A stretch of 64,000 bases of DNA from a virus. The notes beneath the pieces are model-generated. The model made no database searches and was not told the origin of the DNA. It saw only the letters and a program-made list of their open reading frames with translations. The position numbers and the translations under genes are program-made. The DNA lies in the IMG/VR virus record IMGVR_UViG_3300005288_000003, positions 1 through 64,000 of that record; one strand, 5' to 3'. This document shows, one piece after another, positions 18,733-26,021 of the stretch (its first letter is position 1; each line of letters starts with the position of its first letter).

Positions 18733-18760
18733 ATTCTACACTAGAACAGCCCGTTGTCAA
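18733..18760 (-). promoter_or_regulatory. Promoter TTGACA-N16-TAGAAT(GGCC)
   Basis: Directly upstream of the 204-aa gene. Confidence 0.8.
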
Positions 18761-18769
18761 CGACTATTT

Positions 18770-19000
18770 TCAATCGAGGACGATTTTGATGTCATGACGG
18801 TACACCAGATCACCATCACGGTACAGCTCGACTTGCGAACGTGCGTAGTTCAGGTACAGGGTGTCAGCACCGTGGAACATGTAGGCCAGACGGAAATCAC
18901 AGTTATAGAACTGTACGCCTTCCTCAGTTTCATCCCAACCCTCGTAGCTGTCGATGAAAGCCTTTTCGATGCCCAGTGCCGAACGATAAATGCGAGACAT
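18770..19000 (-). CDS. Hypothetical protein
   Basis: Coupled ORF with RBS. Confidence 0.65.
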   Translation of the reverse strand: MSRIYRSALGIEKAFIDSYEGWDETEEGVQFYNCDFRLAYMFHGADTLYLNYARSQVELYRDGDLVYRHDIKIVLD

Positions 19001-19290
19001 TATTGTTGCTCCTTTTCAATTAATCGGTAGATGGTGTTGCGAGTTTCGATGAAATGCTCATCGCCCACAGTAAACATTTGCTTCACTGTCGAAGTACGAA
19101 CAGGATCGCCATCACGGAAGATGCCACGACTGTCGTTGAAGATGAAGCCATGAGCAACAGTGTGCCCCGGAAACATCGTGGTGTCAAGCGACTTGAACAC
19201 CATGTCAGCAACGAACTTGTCTTCTGGCAGAGCATCCAGTGGAAGAATCCGCCAGCTCATACCTTCAAACACTTCACGTGCGGGGCTCAT
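19000..19290 (-). CDS. Hypothetical protein
   Basis: G.IFNDSRG.FRDG..VRTS.V...IETRNTIYRL, a motif common in small phage proteins. Confidence 0.7.
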   Translation of the reverse strand: MSPAREVFEGMSWRILPLDALPEDKFVADMVFKSLDTTMFPGHTVAHGFIFNDSRGIFRDGDPVRTSTVKQMFTVGDEHFIETRNTIYRLIEKEQQ

Positions 19291-19643
19291 ACAGCAGCCA
19301 CCGGCAGGTCAGCTAGACGTGCTTCCAGTTCGTCAGTGAAGTAGGTCTTGCCGAACAGAACAGTCTTTGGACGCTCCTTGAGCTTGTGACCAACAACAGT
19401 CAACGTGTTCACGAAAGTGAAGGACATTTCCTTGTAACTCGTGCTACGCTCGAAGAACGAGTCAGAGTTGTCCCAACCGATTGCACCGCTCGGTTCAACG
19501 AACAAATACTTGGCATCGAGTTGCTTGGCCTTTTTACCGTCGTATTTCCAACGGCAGCCCTGAGTGAACAGGAACTCTTGAACCGCTTGAGACTGTGCAG
19601 CGTTTTGCAGTTTGATTTTGATGCTACGGAATTCATTGGACAT
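19287..19643 (-). CDS. Hypothetical protein
   Basis: AAGGAG RBS before ATG at 19643. Confidence 0.7.
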   Translation of the reverse strand: MSNEFRSIKIKLQNAAQSQAVQEFLFTQGCRWKYDGKKAKQLDAKYLFVEPSGAIGWDNSDSFFERSTSYKEMSFTFVNTLTVVGHKLKERPKTVLFGKTYFTDELEARLADLPVAAV

Positions 19644-20019
19644 GTTGTTCTCCTTTAGGTCGATTTGGTGCATCTTGTACGATAGCCAGAGGATTGTCGT
19701 CAATCCAGATGTCCACCCTGATGCCTTTAGCTGCCATGTAATCTTGTTTGGCTTGCAGAGAAGTGTAGTACACTGCGAAACCCCTGTCAACAAGAAATTG
19801 TAAATCTTCTGGATACGTTTTCGGTGTACGCCATGTGACAATCACCACATGATAACCCAGTCGTTCCAATAGAGTCAACACTTGAAGCCAGCCAGACTCA
19901 TTATCGCTGATGGTTTCGTCGAAGTCAACACCAATGATCTTCGGTTCTGCCATCATGAATTCCTGACGGCTCCACGGATTGAATCCACCGAGCATGGGAG
20001 CAACTTGCATATCCATCAT
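19633..20019 (-). CDS. HAD-superfamily phosphatase
   Basis: DFDET motif I, VTWR motif II, K, WIDD motif IV. Confidence 0.8.
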   Translation of the reverse strand: MMDMQVAPMLGGFNPWSRQEFMMAEPKIIGVDFDETISDNESGWLQVLTLLERLGYHVVIVTWRTPKTYPEDLQFLVDRGFAVYYTSLQAKQDYMAAKGIRVDIWIDDNPLAIVQDAPNRPKGEQHVQ

Positions 20020-20210
20020 TGGAACCTCCGCATGGAACTTTCCAGTTCACGAATCAAACCTTCACTGCTCACCTTCTGCAAGATACGCCCAGCGTAGTCT
20101 TGGTTCGTCTCGTGTGAAGCCTGTGGCATGTGTAGGTTGAGGTCTTGCAGAACAGTCATACGTTCGCTCACTCGAAGTTGGAAAAATGCTAGCGCTAATG
20201 CCCTGTTCAT
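20016..20210 (-). CDS. Hypothetical protein
   Basis: GGAG RBS; coupled. Confidence 0.55.
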   Translation of the reverse strand: MNRALALAFFQLRVSERMTVLQDLNLHMPQASHETNQDYAGRILQKVSSEGLIRELESSMRRFQ

Positions 20211-20321
20211 TGAAATCTCCCGTTTTTGTATTTGAGAACCTTGTGCATTCGCATGCACTCGAATTGTGTGCCGACAAGGCTACCACTTCCGGCAGCTTTC
20301 TTGCAAGCTATTTCTTTGTCT

Positions 20322-20762
20322 TCATGCAGGCTTGTCGTAGGCATCAGGGTAAAGTGCAGCAGGATACACACGATAAGCTTTCTGCACCATCCTGCGAGGC
20401 TTGTGGCTATGGTCATGAATCACTCCATCAATAACGGCCAACGCATGACCACGAACAAATACCCAGTAGCGACCCACTGGATGTGCGAGACAAAACTTCT
20501 CCAGAGAGATTTTATTGTCTTCTGTGTACGGGCCAGCCCGCATCTTCGTCTTTGGGCAGCGCTGCATAGCCTGTTCACGGCCTATGTCATACGGCACACC
20601 ACGACGTGGTTTCCGCTTGAACTGTGTCTTCATATGATGATGGGCAGCTTCGTAGGGAGCGTCCCACACAGTAGCGAAGCTCACAACCATGCAGTCACGA
20701 GTCTCACGATACTTCTTGCGTATCTCCTTGAATTGCTCCCAGTTGTCGATCCAATCTGCCAA
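20322..20762 (-). CDS. Hypothetical protein (possible Cys/His peptidase-like fold)
   Basis: RDCMVVSF...GHALAVIDG..HD; GGAGG RBS with TTG start. Confidence 0.6.
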   Translation of the reverse strand: MADWIDNWEQFKEIRKKYRETRDCMVVSFATVWDAPYEAAHHHMKTQFKRKPRRGVPYDIGREQAMQRCPKTKMRAGPYTEDNKISLEKFCLAHPVGRYWVFVRGHALAVIDGVIHDHSHKPRRMVQKAYRVYPAALYPDAYDKPA

Positions 20763-20895
20763 TCTCGGCCTCCAGTTCGCGTATGCGATAGCGTTTGATG
20801 ATGTTCTGCTTCACGGACTCTGCGTGTATCAAAGAGTCGTAGAACGACACATGCACGGTGATCCAGTCAAGCTCTGCTTGAAGACTGCTGTTCAT
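20704..20895 (-). CDS. Hypothetical protein
   Basis: ATGA-coupled ORF. Confidence 0.5.
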   Translation of the reverse strand: MNSSLQAELDWITVHVSFYDSLIHAESVKQNIIKRYRIRELEAEIGRLDRQLGAIQGDTQEVS

Positions 20896-21044
20896 TCCAC
20901 TCTCATTCTTTCAATGAATTTGAGCCACCGAGCATACGCTGCTTCTGGACCCTTGTCAAACGAATGTAGGCCAAGACCAACACATTCGTACAACCCATGC
21001 TTCCAATATCTGATACGAGGCTTCGCCCCTTGTTCTCGGTTCAT
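20892..21044 (-). CDS. 50-aa hypothetical protein (not in ORF track)
   Basis: MNREQGAKPRIRYW...; ATGA overlaps at both ends. Confidence 0.55.
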   Translation of the reverse strand: MNREQGAKPRIRYWKHGLYECVGLGLHSFDKGPEAAYARWLKFIERMRVE

Positions 21045-21202
21045 CGCGGCCATGCCTTATGTGAAGTGTAGTTGTGGAAGCGGAGGGAAGGCTTGCTGTA
21101 GCCTGTCAACGCCATGAGCGGGTGAGCAATCGCGTCATGCACAAATGCCCAACCCTTGTTCTCTTTCTGGTTATCACAAATCTTGTTTGGATCGGTCTTC
21201 AT
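21041..21202 (-). CDS. Hypothetical protein
   Basis: Coupled ORF; WAFVHDAIAHPLM. Confidence 0.55.
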   Translation of the reverse strand: MKTDPNKICDNQKENKGWAFVHDAIAHPLMALTGYSKPSLRFHNYTSHKAWPR

Positions 21203-21521
21203 CAAACCACCCCAGTGCATAAGTGACACAGCCTTTGCAGAGTTTTGCAGTGGCTGATTCGTAGTCTTGTGGTTGTCCAACTTCGATAACCTCTTCGAAC
21301 TGGCCGTCGCATTCATCACAGCGACATGCAGTCCATGTTGGGTTGCCGATAGCCATATCAACGAAATCAGCAGAAGGGTTTGAACCGAGAGCTTTCAGGT
21401 CTTCGTAGATGGTCCGTTTCCCGTCATCATACCGCCATTGGTTATTGCGTTTGTCGAAGTAGGTTTCGTACCAACGATCAGCTACGCCCTTTGCCAGATC
21501 ATCCCGTCGTATCATGTGCAT
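21174..21521 (-). CDS. Zn-finger hypothetical protein
   Basis: CDEC...CKGC. Confidence 0.6.
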   Translation of the reverse strand: MHMIRRDDLAKGVADRWYETYFDKRNNQWRYDDGKRTIYEDLKALGSNPSADFVDMAIGNPTWTACRCDECDGQFEEVIEVGQPQDYESATAKLCKGCVTYALGWFDEDRSKQDL

Positions 21522-21685
21522 TTCAACACTCCCACGATGTTGACCTGTTCGCCGGCGGCTTCGGATTTCACTCGGTCGATGAACGACAGGAAATGATACC
21601 CGTTCTTCCGGCTCCACGCAAGCACTGGCTCGTTTCCGAGGTGCTTCCGTAGCGTGTATTCTTCGAAATCATTGAGGTTGTACAT
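21512..21685 (-). CDS. Hypothetical protein
   Basis: AAGGAG RBS. Confidence 0.55.
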   Translation of the reverse strand: MYNLNDFEEYTLRKHLGNEPVLAWSRKNGYHFLSFIDRVKSEAAGEQVNIVGVLKCT

Positions 21686-21998
21686 GCTGTTCTCCTTTGG
21701 CCCATTCAATTGCTTTCACGAGGACATCCCCGTGGCATGCTTGAGGCGCACAATAGCAAGCCAACCGTTTCCCGTCAAGCTCTATTAGCATTTCTTTTGT
21801 AACCACATGACACTGAATCAGCTTCCACAGGTTCTGTTTATAGGCAGCTACAGCTTCTTCACGTGTTGCCACCTTCACATCTGCCTTCGTTCCTTCTTTG
21901 TGGCTGTATGGATTGCCCCAGCGGCTACCACGTCCGATGTATACAATGTCGGGATCATCCATGCACACCTTGTATTTGTTCACAACTGTTGCTGTCAT
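21669..21998 (-). CDS. DUF4326-like protein
   Basis: VYIGRGSRWGNPY...LDGKRLACYCAPQACHGDVL; AGGAG RBS before ATG at 21998. Confidence 0.8.
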   Translation of the reverse strand: MTATVVNKYKVCMDDPDIVYIGRGSRWGNPYSHKEGTKADVKVATREEAVAAYKQNLWKLIQCHVVTKEMLIELDGKRLACYCAPQACHGDVLVKAIEWAKGEQHVQPQ

Positions 21999-22030
21999 GA
22001 TGCTTCTCCTGTGTAGATGAGTTTCGTAGT

Positions 22031-22305
22031 GGAGGCAAACCTGTCCCATAGCTCGCCATACAGATGTTCTCTGCCTCGACGTGCTATGAGGTTCACCTTC
22101 CGACGTTCTCGTGTAGATTGAGATCGTGAGCGGGCAGCATGTGCTGCAAGCGGCTGAGAGCCTTCCTCTATATAGAGTGTTCCATACGGAGTCGTCGCCA
22201 GACTGTTCTCTCATTCAACCTCAGCTGCCCCTCTGGCTATCCTCTTCGTAGGGCGTGTACCGTTCAGCCGGTGAGCGAGCCGTAGCTGACATGTCTCTCT
22301 GAACG
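22031..22305 (-). ncRNA. Structured ~275-nt RNA, copy A
   Basis: Homologous to 57791-58064 with compensatory changes; starts ~7 nt after the -10 box. Confidence 0.8.
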
Positions 22306-22312
22306 TGGGGAC

Positions 22313-22373
22313 ATTCTATATGGGAAATTTATTTTGTCAAGGGTGTTGACAGCTTCCAGATAATCGGTAGAAT
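22313..22373. promoter_or_regulatory. Back-to-back divergent sigma70 promoters
   Basis: Minus strand TTGACA-N16-TAGAAT (22340-22313); plus strand TTGACA-N16-TAGAAT (22346-22373). Confidence 0.85.
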
Positions 22374-22404
22374 GGCCGACATCACAAACAACGGAGGAAA
22401 CACA

Positions 22405-22773
22405 ATGAACCCTGTAACTGTCAAATCGATCTACGGCAAAACCATCAAGTTCGAAGATGATGCAATGCAAACTGGTCGTATCTCTGTCACTGTCCGAGAC
22501 AGTAGCGGTGAACAAGTCCGCAACATGATCTTCACTGCCACTGAACTGGCAAGGCTTACTGCTGAACTGGCTCCAGTGAAATCGGATAAGGGCGTGTTCT
22601 TCCTGCTGCGTCAACGCGTTGGCAATCCCCTGAAAGTGAAGACGTGCTTTGCTGGCGTGACAACCACTAAGGAATACACCAGCCGTTGCGAAGCAGAACG
22701 GTCTGCAAAATCACTGAACGAGCAGTATGGTTTGAAGTGGAACTACTTCGTCGTCGAAAAGGGGGCTGTATAA
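22405..22773 (+). CDS. Hypothetical protein
   Basis: GGAGG RBS; first gene after the plus-strand promoter. Confidence 0.7.
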   Translation: MNPVTVKSIYGKTIKFEDDAMQTGRISVTVRDSSGEQVRNMIFTATELARLTAELAPVKSDKGVFFLLRQRVGNPLKVKTCFAGVTTTKEYTSRCEAERSAKSLNEQYGLKWNYFVVEKGAV

Positions 22774-23919
22774 TGTCTGAACGTAAACTGGCTCGTGTTG
22801 TAATCATCGATTCGCTTCACCCGATCAAAGGCAAGGATCGTATCGAACTGGCTATGGTTGGTGGCTGGCAAGTCATCGTGCAGAAAGGTTTGTACGAAGT
22901 AGGTTCGAAGGCGATGTTCTTCGAAGTTGACTCGCTGATCCCAATTGAGTCGCCTGCTGGTGCGTCTCTGGCTGGCATTTCGTCTAAACTGAAACACGTG
23001 ATCGATGGCCAGCACAGACGCTCGGATCAAGACCATGAAGATGGCTGGTACGCTGTCGCAGGGCTTCTGTGTCCCACTGGCGGAAGTTGGTGCAAGTGAA
23101 GGTTGCAGCGTTGACTCTGACTTCACCAAAACGCTTGGTATCATTAAGTATGAAGCTCAGGCAGAGAAAGACAGCATCGCTGGTGGTACTGGCGTGAAGA
23201 GCGGCACTAGCGCTTTGGGCTTCCCGAAAATGATCCCGAAGACTGATCAGACTCGTGTACAGAACATTCCTGTGCAGTTTGACGCTGCTCGTGATGCGGG
23301 TGAACTGTTCGAGAAGAGCTTCAAGCTCGATGGTAGTTCGCTCACTGCATTTCTGTACAAAGGTGTGCCGGGTGTTGCCTCGCGTAACGTTGGCTTCCGT
23401 TTGCAGTCTGTGAACAAAGGCTTCGTGCAAACCGTCAAAGACTGGTGGAAGCAAGTGAAGCAACGCGGTATTCGTCGTGCGAATTGGGAACCTCAGTTCA
23501 AGGCAGACGACAACCAATTCACACAAGCTGCACAAGAATCTGGTGTTCTGACTGCGTTGGTTCGTGAGAACCGTAACCTCGCTTTCCAAGGTGAGTTGGT
23601 TGGCCCATCGATTCAGAAGAACTTCGAGGGCGTGGAGCAGAACGAGCTGTACATTTACGACGTGTACGATATCGATGCACAGAAATACCTTCTGCCTGCT
23701 GAGCGTCAAGCTCTGTGTGCGAAGTATGGCCTGAAACATGTGCCACTGGCATCGACTCACGCTGTTACCTTGCCTGTTGACGTAGCAACTGCTATCGTTG
23801 ATGCTGATGGTCCATCGGGTCTTAATGGCAAGTACCGTGAAGGCTTCGTGTACAAATCGATGACCCGAGACTTCTCGTTCAAGGTGATCAGCAACGCTTA
23901 CTTGCTCAAGGAGGAATGA
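22773..23919 (+). pseudogene. RNA ligase (DRB0094/Rnl-like) split by a 1-nt frameshift near 23005-23020
   Basis: N-part ERKLARV..I..HPI.G.DRIELA.VGGWQ...FFEVDS continues in the +1 frame with RIKTMK..G.LSQG, PKTDQTRVQN, KLDGSS, QGELVG, REGFV, FKVISN; total 1147 nt = 3n+1. Confidence 0.8.
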
Positions 23920-23920
23920 A

Positions 23921-24088
23921 ATGGGCTCTGTGATTCTGTGGATGTTCCTGTACGGCAGTCCTCGTGACTATGTGCAACCTGAGCGTTTCTCTTCTGTAGA
24001 AGCATGTGAAGCTTTTGTTGTACAAGTCAAGCGTGTCCCAAATACAGACTTTAAGGTGCAGGGTCACGTCTGCTTCCAAGACTTCTAA
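23921..24088 (+). CDS. 55-aa hypothetical protein (not in ORF track)
   Basis: AGGAGG RBS; MGSVILWMFL...FSSVEAC...VCFQDF. Confidence 0.6.
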   Translation: MGSVILWMFLYGSPRDYVQPERFSSVEACEAFVVQVKRVPNTDFKVQGHVCFQDF

Positions 24089-24100
24089 TATAGCAGAAAC

Positions 24101-24142
24101 AAAGAAGCCCGCCACGGTTAATACGTTGAGCGGGCTTCTCTT
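24101..24142. terminator. Bidirectional terminator at a convergent junction
   Basis: AGAAGCCCGC...GCGGGCTTCT inverted repeat. Confidence 0.75.
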
Positions 24143-24525
24143 GCTTCTTCTTCGGTGTAGTAGTAGCCGATGTGGATCTTCTTACCCTTTTGGTGAAGAT
24201 ATGCCCTCCACGGTTTTGGCCTTCCCTTGCAGAACATCACACCAGTACCTCCACGCTTGGCTGACCGGAGTCTTCTAGCGGGATGTACCGTATCATTCCA
24301 ACGGGGATTATGCTCTGCAATCAGGGCAGTTTCTCGGTCGAGTGCATCTTGCTCCAGTTCAAATGTTTCAGCTATTTGAACATCCATTGCAACACCTTCA
24401 AAGTGTGCTTTGTTTAAGTAGTAGTTGTGGCTAGTTCCAGAGTTTACATGCTCGAACCGTCTACCACTTCCTTTACCGATGTAAACAATCTCTTCGCCGA
24501 TTCTGGCGATATATACGTAGTACAT
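24118..24525 (-). CDS. GIY-YIG endonuclease with AP2-like C-terminus
   Basis: YYVY...VYIGKG...R...E.ALI....P.WN; TGV...WRAY...IHIGYY.TEEEA. Confidence 0.8.
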   Translation of the reverse strand: MYYVYIARIGEEIVYIGKGSGRRFEHVNSGTSHNYYLNKAHFEGVAMDVQIAETFELEQDALDRETALIAEHNPRWNDTVHPARRLRSAKRGGTGVMFCKGRPKPWRAYLHQKGKKIHIGYYYTEEEAREARSTY

Positions 24526-24556
24526 TTCAACTCCTTTAAAATAAATACCCGCAACA

Positions 24557-24880
24557 CTACCGTGTGCGGGCTCTCAGTCTTTCTCGAAGGTCATCTTGTT
24601 CTCTCTTCATCCTTTTCATTTCATCATCCATCATGTCATAGCGTTTGTTTGCAATGAATTGCTGGGTGTTGATCTGCTCCTGCAAGTTGTTGACCTTCTG
24701 CTCATACTTTCTTTCAACAGCTTCAACTTTTCTGTTGAAATCCTGCTTGGCTACTTCAAGTTCTACTTGGCTCGTTTTATTATTGTATGCGGGGAAAGCC
24801 AAGAGGCAAATGCAGACAAGGAGGGCAATAAGAAGAGCGCCAATGGCGGCGACCACGGGCCAATCTTGTTTCCTTGTCAT
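24557..24880 (-). CDS. Membrane-anchored coiled-coil protein (lysis region)
   Basis: N-terminal TM helix plus heptads. Confidence 0.65.
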   Translation of the reverse strand: MTRKQDWPVVAAIGALLIALLVCICLLAFPAYNNKTSQVELEVAKQDFNRKVEAVERKYEQKVNNLQEQINTQQFIANKRYDMMDDEMKRMKREQDDLRERLRARTR

Positions 24881-24890
24881 AGTGTTCCCC

Positions 24891-25181
24891 TTATTTTTTG
24901 TCGAGTTTATCCACGATACGCATCAAGTAGGTGTTCGTTGCTTCTTGAACGTTCTTGATCGCAGTGATCTTGGTATCCATTTCGGCTGACAACCTGTTGA
25001 TCGCAGTGTTTAGTTTATCTTCGGTAACAGTAGTTGCTTGCAGTGTGTACAGTCTGTCATCGAGCTTGGCAATTTGCGACTGTTGGTATCCAACTACACC
25101 TACACAAATCATCAATAGCGCTCCTGCTACATACCCGAGAACCGACTTCACCATATTGGTTGTTTCGTTTGCATCGCTCAT
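24891..25181 (-). CDS. Membrane-anchored coiled-coil protein (lysis region)
   Basis: Single TM helix plus heptads. Confidence 0.65.
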   Translation of the reverse strand: MSDANETTNMVKSVLGYVAGALLMICVGVVGYQQSQIAKLDDRLYTLQATTVTEDKLNTAINRLSAEMDTKITAIKNVQEATNTYLMRIVDKLDKK

Positions 25182-25459
25182 TTATAAAGTTCCTGTTGCT
25201 GTTCAAACCATTTCTTATGGTTCTGGATTCGATTGTTACACTTCCATACTTCATATGTGTTGGTCACGTAACCGTGAGCCAAAGCACGAACAGTGTCTTC
25301 CTTTACACGTTCAGGGGTACAAGGGAGAAAGAACTCACTTGGTGGGACTAGCACAATGGTCTTTGTCACCGTCACAGTATGCGTTGTCGAGCAAGCGCAT
25401 AAGATCAGGGCTAAGACGATCGTCATCAGCAAAGCCTTGAGGCTTCGTAGGAGCTGCAT
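25178..25459 (-). CDS. o-spanin (Rz1-like lipoprotein)
   Basis: Signal peptide with lipobox LCAC; overlaps the i-spanin 3' end. Confidence 0.75.
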   Translation of the reverse strand: MQLLRSLKALLMTIVLALILCACSTTHTVTVTKTIVLVPPSEFFLPCTPERVKEDTVRALAHGYVTNTYEVWKCNNRIQNHKKWFEQQQELYK

Positions 25460-25757
25460 TAGCTTTCTCCTTGATAGTCAGGGTGGGTAGTGCGAGTACA
25501 GCGTCTCCTGTGGCCTTCTGTGAGGCTTCCAGCTTGCTCTGTTCCCTGTAATGTGAAGCCAACGCATCCACTGTGATCAAACAGCTTGCATCCGAGGCTT
25601 CTTTCGCTGCGAGATTGTCCTCAGAGGCTTTACGATATGTTGCAACGTCTAGACTCAGTTGGACATTCTCTTTGTGTGTGTAATATGCATACCCGCATAC
25701 AGTTAGCAACAGAGTCGCCAGAATGACTGCAAGGTATGCTTTAATTTGCGACAGCAT
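25335..25757 (-). CDS. i-spanin (Rz-like)
   Basis: N-terminal TM, periplasmic helices; overlapping lipoprotein gene. Confidence 0.72.
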   Translation of the reverse strand: MLSQIKAYLAVILATLLLTVCGYAYYTHKENVQLSLDVATYRKASEDNLAAKEASDASCLITVDALASHYREQSKLEASQKATGDAVLALPTLTIKEKANAAPTKPQGFADDDRLSPDLMRLLDNAYCDGDKDHCASPTK

Positions 25758-25968
25758 TATCCTCTCCCTTTTCTGGTGCATCTTCCGTGACATCCGTTGT
25801 CATGTAGTACGCAAGACCAGCTCTTATGCACGCACATAATGTTGCGATAGCTGCATAGGAGCCGGGCGGAAGAAGAGGCTGCCACAGCATCATAAGTGGT
25901 TCAGCAGCAAGAAATATTGCTGCCAATGTTCCAAGGACAAATCTTGTCCGAGATATTTTCTTTGACAT
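25741..25968 (-). CDS. Holin candidate
   Basis: 75 aa, two TM helices, charged C-terminus; upstream of spanins; GGAGG RBS. Confidence 0.65.
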   Translation of the reverse strand: MSKKISRTRFVLGTLAAIFLAAEPLMMLWQPLLPPGSYAAIATLCACIRAGLAYYMTTDVTEDAPEKGEDNAVAN

Positions 25969-26021
25969 GTGGAACCTCCAGTTGAAGTTAAAAGGAACTA
26001 TATAGCAGTTCCTTTGTTTGA

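Noticed and set aside
21999-22214. N-terminal 72-aa extension of ORF 21669..22214
   Set aside because: The DUF4326-like domain starts at ATG 21998 with a good RBS; the extension overlaps the structured RNA and is not conserved in copy B.
22000-22310. Recurring GTTCTC words as a CRISPR or TIGR-like array
   Set aside because: Spacing is irregular, there are no fixed-length repeat-spacer units and no cas/tas gene; better explained as motifs of the structured RNA.
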